Positions 9,477 through 20,240 of a DNA stretch of 64,000 bases are shown one piece after another. Numbering within the stretch: position 1 is the first letter of the stretch; every line of letters begins with the position of its first letter. The notes below the pieces were generated by a model, which ran no database searches, was not told where the DNA came from, and saw nothing but the letters and a program-made list of their open reading frames with translations. This stretch comes from Candidatus Marinacidobacterales bacterium (GTDB lineage Bacteria; Acidobacteriota; Vicinamibacteria; Marinacidobacterales; DATDRI01): positions 3,968,001 through 4,032,000 of the forward strand of contig OZ245365.1 of assembly GCA_965226495.1 (NCBI GenBank). Direction: 5' to 3'. The position numbers were made by a program, and so were the translations under genes.

Positions 9477-11416
9477 CTAGGAGCCCGCGGCTTCTAGCTG
9501 ATTTTTTGGCAAACGGATGGTAAACGTACTACCTCGTCCGACCTGGCTCTCGACTTCGATGTCGCCGCCGTGGTTCCGGACGATGTTTCGCGCGCTCACC
9601 AAACCGGCCCTCATCTTAATGCGCGAACCGGCGGTGAAGAAATCGAAATCGAACAGCCGACCCAACTTTTCTTCCGAAATCCCCTTGCCAGTATCGGAGA
9701 TTCGGATATGGATGGAATCTGTATCCTCGCTGGCTTTGACGCGGATAGTCCCCTCGCCTTCGATGGCCTCCATAGCGTTAGTCAATAGACTCAGGAAGAC
9801 TTGGTTTATCTCCCCGGGATAGCAGGGAATGTTGGAATCTCGTCGTACTCCTTGACGACGGTCACCCAACCCTTGAGCTGTCCGCCCAACAACTCGAGCG
9901 CGCTATCCAGGCCCTCGCGGATGTCGGCTCGCTGAAACTCGGCCTCATCCAACCGCGCGAAATTCTTGAGGCTTCGGACGAGTGCGGTGACCCGCTCAGC
10001 CGCGGTCGCTATCACTTTCGAATCGCTTTCGAGGAGACCGAACGTCTTCTTGAAGGACGGATCCTCCCGCAATTCCTCGAGGGTCTCGCTCTCTTCAAAG
10101 ATCTCCCGAAGCCTGCTAATACATCGGGCGGTCACTAGGTTGGCGCTGCCGAGCGCCCCGATGGGACTGTTGAGCTCATGAGTGATCCCTGCCACCAACT
10201 TGCCCAGCGAAGCCATTTTTTCGGCGTGAACGAGCTGCACTTGCGTCGCCCGCAACTCTTCCAATAGCCTCTCCAACTTCTCGTTCTTGTCCTTCAACTC
10301 TACGTTCCGCAAACGGGCGATCTCGGCTTCCTTCTCCGCCTTTTCCACCTCGTAACTCGTTTGAAGATTCTTCAGACGGGCATTGGCGTCGTTGCTGAAA
10401 ACCTCTTCTTTGATCCGTTGAAACTCCCGATGGTGCTTCAATGCGAGCGCCGGATCCCCACTGAGCTCGTAGGCCTCGGAAAGAGCTTGATGAGATTGAT
10501 AGATCCTTGGCTTCGATTTAGTTTCCAGGGCGATGGAAAGAGATTTCTCGAGTACTTCCAAAGACTCGTCCACTTCTTTTCGCTGGACGAAGAGCCTTCC
10601 CAAGTTGATGAGGCTCGTACATTCGGCCTGTCGTTGTCCTAGGTTCTCGCGAATGTGAAGTGCTTTGAGGTGGAACTCTAGGGCTTTTTCGTCTTCCCCG
10701 AGCTCTTGATAGATGGCTCCGAGATCGTTCAGCGACCGAGCCTCCCCCATCGGGTTCTCCTCCGCCCGGAAGATGGCGAGGCTGCGCTCAAAGTAAGGAA
10801 GTGCCCTATCGTGGGCCCCACCGGCCTGATAGGCCGCGCCGACGTGAACCAGACCTCGCGCCACCATCCAATCTATCCCGATGGCCTCCCCGACCTTCAC
10901 GGACTCGTCAGAATACTGGACCGACTTCTCGAAATCCCCGAGGTCGTAAAAGAGAGTTCCGAGCGCCATCAAGCTGAGCCCCTCCCAATATCCGTCCCCG
11001 GTTTCACGAAAAAACTTCAGACACTCGAGGTTATGGGATAAAGACTGATCGTAAGTACCTAGATTCTTCTGGATGCTGAGGAGAGGCAACAGAGCCCTCG
11101 TTGAGCCCTCCCGATCGCCGATCTGATCGAACAAGGAGCGAGCATCCTTTAGGTTCTCGAGAGCGGCCTCGTGCTCTGACAGGAACCAACGGGCAAAGCC
11201 CATGAACACGAGGCTGTACGCCTCGCCCTTCTTGTAGGATAAGCGGCGAGCCAGCTCGTTGGCGCTTTGGGCCAGCTCCAGCTGCTTCCTGGGATCCTCA
11301 CCCGAAATGAGACGTTCGGTCAGCTCGTTGAGCCGGTCCACGTTCTCCACAGTCGCATCTTGATACAACGATGCGAGGTCTTGCCCTGGTTTGCGCTCTT
11401 CGCTTCGGCGAGACAT
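9477..11416 (-). pseudogene. TPR-containing sensor histidine kinase with a 1-bp frameshift
   Basis: TPR array and HisKA ([15 protein letters not shown]) in 9806-11416; HATPase ([24 protein letters not shown]) in another frame; shift near 9835. Confidence 0.82.
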
Positions 11417-11481
11417 ATATCGTCAAGTTATAGACCAAGGGTTGGTCTGGACGCTAATCCACAAGGGCGGATTGTCGACAG

Positions 11482-12738
11482 CTATCGCAAAGCACGGAGG
11501 GCGAGGAGTCCGAGAATCGCCACCGCGAACCCGAGAGCGACCCAAAGCACGATCGGGTGCCGCTCACTCCAGGGCTCCGGGCTGAGGTAGCCGGAGTGCG
11601 TCGCCTCGGGCCCGAGCTCGCCCACTGCAGCCGCCTCGAGCTCTTCTCTTGAAGTGATCCGCGCCAGGTCGTACTCGGGTGCGGAAATGCGGCTATTCCC
11701 GTATAGAAGTTGATAGGTCGTTCCCGGTTTTTGGCGAAAGACGATGCGGCGCGGCGTGCCTTCTAGCGAAGGGCGCAAACCTTCGATCGGCGAGTCATCT
11801 CGATTGAGCACATCGACGCGCCAATAGCGGCCACGAGTCTCAGGAAATCGAACCTGCAGCAGAGTGCGTTGATCCTGCTCGTGATCATTCGATCCGGGTT
11901 TCGGGTAGCGATAAACATTACCCTGTCCGACCCGTCGCCAGTCTTCCCCGTCGATGCTCACATCTACGCGCACGGTTCGATGAAACTCCGCCTGCCCTGC
12001 TGGTCCCGTCTGAAAGCGTACCGACGACGCAGGTACATTCTCGATCCCGAGATCGACCAGCCATCGACTCTCCTCCGAACCCGTGCCGCGTGCCGGTCCG
12101 AGAACGGGGAGGTCGACGAGCTCGGGGGCTTCGACGATCTCGTAAGCGATGCGGCAGCCGTAAACCGCGAACCGCCTTTCCGGTTCGAGAATCTTCACAC
12201 GCAACCAACGGGCTCGAGAGTCCGTATAAGACACCACGGTCTTGCCTTCACGCGTATCATCGAACCGAAAGATGGGCGCCTTTTCCTGAAGGACATGCCA
12301 ACTCTCCCGATCGTCACTGGCAGCGACTTCGACCCACGCGAAGAACTCGTTGACCCCGGTTTGTATTTCGAGAGAGTTGTGGGCGTCGTGGTCCGAACCC
12401 ACGTCGACTATCAACTGAGTGTGCTCGCCAGGGATAAATCCGAGGTCGGCGATCTCACCTTGTCGCCATTGCCGCTCTTCCTTACCGATGCGAGCGTGCA
12501 GAACGTAGGGCACTTCGTTGCCATCTCGGTCGATGACGCGCAAGTCGGCGAGACTTTTCTGGGCATGGCCGAACGTTTCGAGCGGTAGGATTAGACGCAC
12601 CAGGCGAGGCTCCGCGGTCGACTCCAACGAAATCGGCCGGAAATACAGCCAGTTTTTCCACGCGTCGGGAATCTGGGCCCGCGCCGCAGGTGTCAGATAC
12701 CAAAAGACCAGGACGGCGAGCGGAAGCGCTTTTTTCAT
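11482..12738 (-). CDS. DUF3999-like secreted protein with C-terminal TM anchor
   Basis: Signal peptide, LADLRVIDRDGNEVPY, YGN..APEYDL, C-terminal TM; coupled to a DUF2339 gene. Confidence 0.72.
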   Translation of the reverse strand: MKKALPLAVLVFWYLTPAARAQIPDAWKNWLYFRPISLESTAEPRLVRLILPLETFGHAQKSLADLRVIDRDGNEVPYVLHARIGKEERQWRQGEIADLGFIPGEHTQLIVDVGSDHDAHNSLEIQTGVNEFFAWVEVAASDDRESWHVLQEKAPIFRFDDTREGKTVVSYTDSRARWLRVKILEPERRFAVYGCRIAYEIVEAPELVDLPVLGPARGTGSEESRWLVDLGIENVPASSVRFQTGPAGQAEFHRTVRVDVSIDGEDWRRVGQGNVYRYPKPGSNDHEQDQRTLLQVRFPETRGRYWRVDVLNRDDSPIEGLRPSLEGTPRRIVFRQKPGTTYQLLYGNSRISAPEYDLARITSREELEAAAVGELGPEATHSGYLSPEPWSERHPIVLWVALGFAVAILGLLALRALR

Positions 12739-14555
12739 CGCTCCTCACGCTCCGCAGTCACCTTCTGCTGATAGAAGAATGAGACGACGACCAGCAGCAC
12801 TCCCAGCACCGCGAAGGAGACGATCCGGTAGATACGCTCCAAGAAGGAGAGATCGTAGAGAAACACCTTCACGACGACGACCGAGAAGAGCGCCAGCCCC
12901 AACCAACGCACGGCGGCACTACCGCTGCGAACGCCCCACAACATTAGGCCGGTCGCGTAGAGGGTCCATAGCAGGGAAAGAGCCAGTTGCTGCGTGAGTC
13001 GTGTATCCGCGCCCAGATCCAGACGCATCCGGCCGAAGAGACCCCACACTTCCAGCGACAGCGAGGAGACCAACAAGACGTTTGCGGCGAGCCCCACAAT
13101 TTCGAACGCGCGACGCTCACCATCTGACAGCATCCCCCGATGACGTCGAGAGAAGGCGAAGGCCGCAGCAAACGAAGCCACAACGATGGCATAGGTCAGG
13201 AATCGAGGGTTCCACAGAAACTCCTGCGCGGACACTTTGAAGAGCAGCAGGCGGGCGCCGGCAATGATGAACAAAACGATGCCGGCCCATCGCAACAGCC
13301 TCAGGTTCACTTGAAAGCCGCTCCAGATCAGCACCGCTCCTTCGACCGCCCACGCGATCGTGATCCACTTTCCGTCCAATCGTATCGGTATCGCCAGAGT
13401 CACGAATGTGAGCGCCAAACCCGCGAACAGTAAACGAGAGACCGAGCGCTCACCTGTCTTCGAAATTGGAAGGAGTCGCGCCGCCCCAAGGTACGCGGCG
13501 GCAAGCGCCAGCACCGCAACGGTCAGGGCCCACCGGTGATCGCGATAGAGGAGATACTGCAACACACCAAGAAACGCCCCCGCGTTCGCCAGCGCCAGAA
13601 TGACGTGCGCCGACGCGATGTTTCCGAGCCGACGCGATTGAAGGATGGGGACGGCGCCGAATTGCACGAAGAAAAGCGTCGCGAAGAACGCGGTGCGGCC
13701 CAGTTTGGAAACTTTGTAGAACTCTTCGATCCAGGCCCAGAAGTAAATGGTCGTACCTGCGAAGGCTACCAATTCCAAACTGCGCCAACTACGCAGACGA
13801 GCGACGACGAGCATTCCTCCGTTCAACACCGCGAGGTAGATGAACAAAGGGATCTGCGCGTCTTTGCCTGTGCTGAGCAAGATCGGTGTGATTAGACCGC
13901 CGACTTGGGCAAGCAAAGCCAGCGGCTGCGAATCGCGTCCCAGCGCAATCGCGACCATCGTCCCCGTCACGACGATCATCCCGGCAAACGCTACCGGTTG
14001 CGGGAAGAGTTGATAGAAGCTCCAGGCGGCATACAACGAAAGGTAGAGAACACCGGCGGCCAAACCGGCGATGCCGCTCGAGAAATAGCCGTAGCCCCTT
14101 CGCAACAACCACTGGCTGAAAACCAGCAGGCCCGTGCCCGACAGGAGCCCAAAGGCAACGCGCCCACTGGGACCGATCCATTCGTTGTCGAAGGCATATT
14201 TGAGGAAGAAGCTCACCGCGAGCAACAGCGCAATGATGCCGACGCGGTTGAGCCAGCGACCGGCGATCAGCGTTTCGAGGTCGGGCCCCGCCTTCAAGGC
14301 AACCGGGACCGGCTTTAGCGCCGCGGTTGCCGGAGGCGAAGCATCGCGTGTGGCGGGCGCCGCAGCTTCGGAGACAGGAACGGCCGTCGTCTCAGGTTCA
14401 GAGAGGCTCGGAGCCCCGCTTGGCGCTTGGAGCCTTCGGTTGAGCTGACCGACGATCCGCTCCAGTGCAGAGACGCGCACTAACGCGACGATCGCCAGGA
14501 TCGGCCCACCCAGAAGAATGAGCCCTGCCACGATGACCAAGGAAGCGAATTCCAT
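12735..14555 (-). CDS. DUF2339 family membrane protein
   Basis: LETLIAGRWLNRVG, TPILLSTG, KVFLYDLS..RIVSF. Confidence 0.85.
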   Translation of the reverse strand: MEFASLVIVAGLILLGGPILAIVALVRVSALERIVGQLNRRLQAPSGAPSLSEPETTAVPVSEAAAPATRDASPPATAALKPVPVALKAGPDLETLIAGRWLNRVGIIALLLAVSFFLKYAFDNEWIGPSGRVAFGLLSGTGLLVFSQWLLRRGYGYFSSGIAGLAAGVLYLSLYAAWSFYQLFPQPVAFAGMIVVTGTMVAIALGRDSQPLALLAQVGGLITPILLSTGKDAQIPLFIYLAVLNGGMLVVARLRSWRSLELVAFAGTTIYFWAWIEEFYKVSKLGRTAFFATLFFVQFGAVPILQSRRLGNIASAHVILALANAGAFLGVLQYLLYRDHRWALTVAVLALAAAYLGAARLLPISKTGERSVSRLLFAGLALTFVTLAIPIRLDGKWITIAWAVEGAVLIWSGFQVNLRLLRWAGIVLFIIAGARLLLFKVSAQEFLWNPRFLTYAIVVASFAAAFAFSRRHRGMLSDGERRAFEIVGLAANVLLVSSLSLEVWGLFGRMRLDLGADTRLTQQLALSLLWTLYATGLMLWGVRSGSAAVRWLGLALFSVVVVKVFLYDLSFLERIYRIVSFAVLGVLLVVVSFFYQQKVTAEREER

Positions 14556-14615
14556 CGGACTTTACCTCCCCCGCTGGGAATGTCGGGATGTCAGATAACT
14601 ACCGAGGCACGTACT

Positions 14616-14632
14616 AGCATGACTCGTGCCAA
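14616..14632 (-). promoter_or_regulatory. Sigma-54 (-24/-12) promoter
   Basis: Minus strand TTGGCACGAGTCATGCT (GG-N10-GC), ~60 bp upstream of the DUF2339 start. Confidence 0.6.
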
Positions 14633-14875
14633 CAGGGATGCTTTCCAGGCATAACCAACGACATTTAAATCACTTAACTCGATTTCGGCTCGGGCTTGGC
14701 GACCCAAGAAGAACATTCTGCGCGGACAGTTCGTGCTATGAACTGTACAATTCTTGCACATCTGTTCTTCCGACCGATCACGGCCGCGTACGAGCTTTTC
14801 TTGTCTTGGATACTGGGAGCAGGCTTCGCCTACTGTGCATCACATTATAAAGCAGCCTGTCAGCGTGTCAGCCTG

Positions 14876-15190
14876 TCAGGCCTTCGGTTCGATGCCGCTA
14901 CGCTTGCTGACTTCTACGGCGAATTGTCGAAGGAGCTCGTCTAGAAACTCAATGTATTCTTCCGTTGAAAGAAGATAAGCCTTGTGCATCTTGTTTCTTA
15001 GAAACCCCTCGATGTCTTGGAAGAACGGATCTTCCTTCAACTCGGGAAACACTTCCAGCAAGCGCGAAATGGTATCGACCAGCCGTAGTGTTGCCGTGTA
15101 GACGCCCTCGTCGATTCCGCTGCGTGCCGCACTGGCAAGAAACGCGAAGACGGGAAACAGATCCTGATCTAGCTTCCTCTTGTCTCTCAT
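14876..15190 (-). CDS. Small helical protein, DUF6092-like
   Basis: FLASAARSGIDEG..LRLVDTISRL..FLDELL pattern; overlaps the nitroreductase stop. Confidence 0.55.
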   Translation of the reverse strand: MRDKRKLDQDLFPVFAFLASAARSGIDEGVYTATLRLVDTISRLLEVFPELKEDPFFQDIEGFLRNKMHKAYLLSTEEYIEFLDELLRQFAVEVSKRSGIEPKA

Positions 15191-15714
15191 AGCAGTGGCC
15201 CGTACCGATTGTGATAGACGGCGGTCCCTTGCTTGCTCGCCTTCACCGACTTCGGCGCTGCAATGGGATGGCCAATGGGGATGATCATGTCAACGCGACA
15301 GTGATCTGGGAGTCCCAGAACAATCCTAATGCCGGCCATTGCTGCGATCATCGTGAATTGCGATCCAAGCCCCAAAGCGGTGGCTCCCAGAAGGACGTTT
15401 TCGCCGGCCGCCCCGGCGTCTACCAAAGTACAGCGCGCTGCTACCGGCCCCACTGTTTCATACGCCACTTTTTCATCCGTAAAGATGATCAGCAACATCG
15501 GTATGTAGTTGCGATTCAGCGAAGGTGAAATCTGCTGTATCGCTCGGATCACGCCCGGATCGTCAACCACAACACAATGTCGATAGGGCCGGTTCGACGC
15601 TGTCGGAGCACGACCTACCGCGTAAATGAGCTTATCCAACTGTTCACGAGATACAGGCACGTCAGAAAAGGCGCGGCACGCCCTTTTCTTGGCCAAGGTC
15701 TCGAATAATTCCAT
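15187..15714 (-). CDS. Nitroreductase family protein
   Basis: RRxxR-like KRACRAFSD, APTASN, ENVLLGATALGLGS. Confidence 0.88.
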   Translation of the reverse strand: MELFETLAKKRACRAFSDVPVSREQLDKLIYAVGRAPTASNRPYRHCVVVDDPGVIRAIQQISPSLNRNYIPMLLIIFTDEKVAYETVGPVAARCTLVDAGAAGENVLLGATALGLGSQFTMIAAMAGIRIVLGLPDHCRVDMIIPIGHPIAAPKSVKASKQGTAVYHNRYGPLL

Positions 15715-15739
15715 CGTTTTTCTCCAATCGGCTCCAGCT

Positions 15740-16219
15740 CTAACGGGAGCTTCGGCTAAAACGGATTTGGTTATCGCTGGGGAAGAAGATCACCATCTCG
15801 TCGCCCTCGATCTCGAAACGGCAAGGCTCGATGGTGGGATCCGCGTGCTTGATCTCCATGCTTAACGGCGCGGCCGGGAGACTTCCCAACTCCTCGCCCG
15901 CCGACATATGGTACTGGTGGGAGAAGGTGAGATGCTCCCCCTCCAACACGTAGGTTCCCGCCTCGCCGGACCCACGCCGCGGCTTCTTGTCCGCATCTAG
16001 CGTGAAGAACAAGGTGGCCCAATCATTCTCCGTGAAGAAAATGAGCCCATCGAGTGAGTGCGAGGTCCCGGTCTTGAGATCGTAACTCTCTGCCTTCCAC
16101 GCACCCAAAATCGAAACTTCTTCGCCGATTGCGAGCGAGGAAGAGGAGGCGACCAGGGGGATCAGCACCAAAACGAGCATCCATCGAGACAACCACATGT
16201 TGAATCTCCTTTCGTACAT
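15740..16219 (-). CDS. Secreted lipocalin-like hypothetical protein
   Basis: Signal peptide, ILGAWK, GEAGTYVLEG; start may be 16198. Confidence 0.55.
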   Translation of the reverse strand: MYERRFNMWLSRWMLVLVLIPLVASSSSLAIGEEVSILGAWKAESYDLKTGTSHSLDGLIFFTENDWATLFFTLDADKKPRRGSGEAGTYVLEGEHLTFSHQYHMSAGEELGSLPAAPLSMEIKHADPTIEPCRFEIEGDEMVIFFPSDNQIRFSRSSR

Positions 16220-16333
16220 ATCTCAACTACCTGTCGCGAAGGAAATTTTCAAGTGCCATGGGGCCGAGTCAGGAGCCAGGCACGCCGTCGAACGCAAAAA
16301 TAACACGTTGTCATTGATCAACGTAGCCAGGCG

Positions 16334-18979
16334 TTATTCGGCCAAAAACTGCCAGGCTTCCGCACTATGCAGCGAGCCGGGCTCGGCTTGACTCCAAAGT
16401 GCGAGGAACCTTTCGTACTGTTGCCGGGCGGCAACGAGATTTCCCTGTTTCGCCAGAAGGCGGGCCAATTCCAGAACGTGGAGCGGTTCCAGGACTCCGG
16501 TCCATCTTTGCGTGATATCCGGAGTCAAGAGCTTGCGGTACATCCGTATGGCTCCCGACAGATCGCCTTGTTGTGCCTTGGTTCGCGCCGCCCCATCCCG
16601 GAGGTGCATGTTCGCGGCGACGCTCCCGAAGACGTCGGAACTCGAGAACCACATTTTCAATTCCGGCTCTCCATCCGAGAATGCAATCTCAGCGGCGCGC
16701 AAATCTCCATGCGCCAAAGCGATCTCACCCTGCAGCAAGTGGTACCACCAATTCTCTCGCGGATCTCTTACGTCGTAGAGTGCTCGCAGAGAATCGAGAT
16801 CCCGATTGGCGTCTTCGAGCCTTCCGTCACGGGCTTGAGCGAGCCCGGCGAACAAGCTTGCCAACATCAAAATCTCCCGTCTCCCGTTTCCGCTGAGGCT
16901 CGGCACGAGATCCATCGCGCGATCGGCGCGCAGGACCGCTTCGGTCAGCTCGCCCCTCTCGACAGCAAGCATGGAGCGAAGAATCTGCGTCCGAGCTTCG
17001 AACAAGGTGTGCTGCCTACTTCTCGCCAACTGGACTCCGTCGAGCAGACGCTGCTCGGATTCGCGATATCTGCCTACGCGAGAAAGGAGGAACGCCTGAA
17101 CGAGCAGCAACGAGGGAGCCGAATCGGCGGGAGGGTAGTGTGTCCCGTCGAGATGTGCGAGAGCCGCATCGTAGTGCCCCATCATCGCGCTCGCCCAACT
17201 GCGCCCGAAGCTCGACGAAACCAAGGAGCCATTCCCCCCTGGAGCGCGGGAATACTCCTCCAACGCCCGGTCCGGCATACCGGCAAAGAGATACGCCTCT
17301 CCCAAACGTTCATAAGGGTTGGCGTCGGCAGGATACATTCGGGCGTAAGTCTCGAACTGGCGAAAGGCCTCGGGATACCGGCCGTTTCGCAGCATCCCGT
17401 ATCCGTAGTAGGAGCGAAGGAGCCCCGAGTCCGGCACCGCCTTGACGCCGCTCGCGAGCACGGCGAGACCCTGCTCGGGTCGGTTCGATGTCAGATGAAC
17501 AATGGCCAAGAGCACGTACGCGTACTCGTCGTCCGGATAGCGAGCGAGGGCCTCCTCGAGCAGCTCCACCGCCTTGTCGTGTTCGTCTTCCTGGACAAGC
17601 TGCCCCGCTGCCGCCAAAAGCTTTTGCCGCTCCGGTAGCGTATCGCGGTGGGATAAGGCACGCTGAAGGTACTTCACGGCCGCGAACGTATCGTGCCGAA
17701 TCAGCGCCATCTTGTGTAGCTGCCAGTACGCCAAGCCGAATCCAGGATCCGCAGCCACCGCCTCCAGGAACAATCGGTGGGCGTCACTCAAACGAGCATG
17801 CCTAGCCGCCTCCATTCCCTGTCCGTAGAGCCGGTAAGCATCCAAAGATTTCGTGACCCCCGAAACCTTTGTCTTGGGTAAAGGCTCGTCCAGTTCCAGC
17901 GCCTCGCCCATACGCCAGGCCAGGTCGTCTACGATCTGGAAGAGGTCGGTCCCTCGAACCGTGTACGCCGAAATGATGCTTCCATCCGTGACGTCTTCGA
18001 GTTGGGCGTCGATCCGAATCTCCGCTCCGTGTTTGACGATGCTGCCGGCCAGAAACGTCTCGGCACCAACCCGCCGAGCGATCTCGGGAAAAAAACTCGC
18101 GTCGAGCTGGTCGGTCTCCTCCTCTTCACCGATTTCGCGAACCGCCTCTTCTATCTTCTGGTCGCTTACGACATTTAGCTCCGGAGCGCCGTCCAGCCCG
18201 CCCTGAAGCATGCGACACACTCCCTTGGAAAGCCACCCGTACTCTTCGGAGTCGATGTGGTTTTCGAAGTCCATAATGGCAATGGATGGATTTCCTTCCG
18301 CGGGGCCAAAAGGAGAAGGGCTCCAATTGGACAACAAAGACCAGCCAAGCAGGGTCGCGGCAGTCGCGCCGGCGGCTGCTCCCATTACGAGTAGACCACG
18401 CGACCTCCGCTTGGGTGCGGTCTCGTCATGATCATGACCGGTCCTCCAGAAGCTCACCGTGTTCCAGGCGTCGGTACTCGAAGCAGAACGTCTCGGATCG
18501 ATGAATCCGCTGGTGACCGGTAGTTGGGAGACCCCTGTCATCTCCGAGTCTGCTTCCAGATGAAGGGGAGCGATCAAGCGGTACCCTCTTCGTGGCACGG
18601 TTTGGATGTAGCTGGGGTTCCTCGCGTCGTCACCCAGCGCTTTTCTCAACTCCCAGATGGAGTTCGTCAGCACTTCCTCGGTGACGTAGCTGCCGCTCCA
18701 GACGTGCTGAACGATCTGGGTCTTGGGGACGACGCTGCCCGCGTTCTCTCTGAGATAGGTCAGAACCTCCATTGCCTTGGGCTCGACCCTGACCTCGTGA
18801 TCGTCCCGGACAATTCTGTTCAGATTGGGTTGAACCAGCCAGTCGCCGATTCGAAAATCACCATCCAACTGCCGGCCACTCCTTCCCGGGGTCGACGACT
18901 CGGCCCCCAGATGAAGGCTTCGACGAGCTTTCGAGGAACATTCTGGACATTCTGGAATGTGGTGCAAGCCGGATGCCAC
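16334..18979 (-). CDS. CadC-like winged-helix / TM / TPR membrane regulator
   Basis: VEPKAMEVL..LRKALGDDARNPSYIQTVPRRGYRL, TM helix, SIAIMDFEN domain, TPRs; start uncertain. Confidence 0.85.
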   Translation of the reverse strand: MASGLHHIPECPECSSKARRSLHLGAESSTPGRSGRQLDGDFRIGDWLVQPNLNRIVRDDHEVRVEPKAMEVLTYLRENAGSVVPKTQIVQHVWSGSYVTEEVLTNSIWELRKALGDDARNPSYIQTVPRRGYRLIAPLHLEADSEMTGVSQLPVTSGFIDPRRSASSTDAWNTVSFWRTGHDHDETAPKRRSRGLLVMGAAAGATAATLLGWSLLSNWSPSPFGPAEGNPSIAIMDFENHIDSEEYGWLSKGVCRMLQGGLDGAPELNVVSDQKIEEAVREIGEEEETDQLDASFFPEIARRVGAETFLAGSIVKHGAEIRIDAQLEDVTDGSIISAYTVRGTDLFQIVDDLAWRMGEALELDEPLPKTKVSGVTKSLDAYRLYGQGMEAARHARLSDAHRLFLEAVAADPGFGLAYWQLHKMALIRHDTFAAVKYLQRALSHRDTLPERQKLLAAAGQLVQEDEHDKAVELLEEALARYPDDEYAYVLLAIVHLTSNRPEQGLAVLASGVKAVPDSGLLRSYYGYGMLRNGRYPEAFRQFETYARMYPADANPYERLGEAYLFAGMPDRALEEYSRAPGGNGSLVSSSFGRSWASAMMGHYDAALAHLDGTHYPPADSAPSLLLVQAFLLSRVGRYRESEQRLLDGVQLARSRQHTLFEARTQILRSMLAVERGELTEAVLRADRAMDLVPSLSGNGRREILMLASLFAGLAQARDGRLEDANRDLDSLRALYDVRDPRENWWYHLLQGEIALAHGDLRAAEIAFSDGEPELKMWFSSSDVFGSVAANMHLRDGAARTKAQQGDLSGAIRMYRKLLTPDITQRWTGVLEPLHVLELARLLAKQGNLVAARQQYERFLALWSQAEPGSLHSAEAWQFLAE

Positions 18980-19150
18980 TAACCATCATCCTTATCGGGA
19001 CCCGCTCAACACTCCTAACCTGTTGACAAACGGGCACCCGAGCATAGGCTACCGGCGTTCGAGATTTCTTCTGGGTGAAGAAAGGGCTCTCTATATTTAC
19101 AGGATTGGCCTCGACTTTACAGTCTTGGGCCAAGTCGCGGAGCGCCGGAC

Positions 19151-19894
19151 CTACCTCTTTTCGCGCTCGAGCACGGAGACGGGCCTCGCAGTTTGGGGAG
19201 CTCGAACCGGAACACCTTCGGCGATCACGACCGGTGGCGCGAGGAGACCGAAGACACCCGAAACGAACGCCCCGATCAAATGCTCCTCGAGTGCCACGTT
19301 TTCCTTGACGAGAAAAGAGTACGAGAGTCCTTTTCGCATCAATCCGCCCGAGGCATGTTTTTCCGCAGGTGCGACGGCGTGAATCATTTCATGAGCCACG
19401 ACCCGGCCGAGTGCCCTGGAAAGACGCCTGAGCTCTCGGACATCGGGAAGTCGATTGGGACGCTCGGGAATCTTCACTGCCGCTACCAAGTTTCGATAGA
19501 AGACGTACAGGGAATGAGAACGACCACCTCCTGGGAGAAACGCGCCCATGACGTCTTCGTCCAAGCCCCAATCCGGACCGGATGGCTTGGATGGCATGAG
19601 GACGATTCGCAGGAGAATCGTGTTCTCGTCCAACGGAGGATCCTCGAGCTTTGCCTCCATCCACTCGATCTCGAGACCGACGGGGCCGAAAAGTGCTTCC
19701 ACTTCGCGAACCATACTGCGGAAGGTTCCGTTGGGAGCCAAACCATGAGCATCGTGCCAGACCATGAGCAGCCGGGGCCTACGGGTAAGTCGATCCTCGA
19801 TGCGGCCATTCGCTCCTACCGTCTCGGCGATTCCAAGGTAGAGCGTCCCGATCAAGACGACGAGTGCAACCACTCCTCTCTTTCCGTGAACCAT
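19151..19894 (-). CDS. Secreted hypothetical protein with HExxH motif
   Basis: Signal/TM segment, ALGRVVAHEMIHAV..H..GGLM. Confidence 0.65.
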   Translation of the reverse strand: MVHGKRGVVALVVLIGTLYLGIAETVGANGRIEDRLTRRPRLLMVWHDAHGLAPNGTFRSMVREVEALFGPVGLEIEWMEAKLEDPPLDENTILLRIVLMPSKPSGPDWGLDEDVMGAFLPGGGRSHSLYVFYRNLVAAVKIPERPNRLPDVRELRRLSRALGRVVAHEMIHAVAPAEKHASGGLMRKGLSYSFLVKENVALEEHLIGAFVSGVFGLLAPPVVIAEGVPVRAPQTARPVSVLEREKR

Positions 19895-20240
19895 TCCTTA
19901 CCCCCAATTGGTTCTCCCTCACGCGATCTTTCATAGCTATACGTTCAGCAACGAAGAATGGATGCGCTAGATTTCTCTGCTTTGGGTAAGGTTTTTCTCA
20001 GGCCTTGTTCTTAGGTCCGCTGTAGCATCGGAAGAAGAATTTCCTATCTTGATCAAAAATCAGAAAGTTGAAGCTCGAGGACCGCATCAATTCTCGCTTC
20101 GGGTTGCTCGACGCGCTTTTGCGGTTTGGTTTCTGTGCGAAACATCAGTTTATTGATTCCTAAAAGATTTTTGTTGAGTTTTCAGTCCAACTTCACTCTT
20201 GCCGGGACGTTCCTACTTTGACACTATTGGGAAACCGGAC

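Noticed and set aside
9806-9869. Programmed ribosomal frameshift in the histidine kinase
   Set aside because: No slippery heptamer at the junction; a single missing base explains it.
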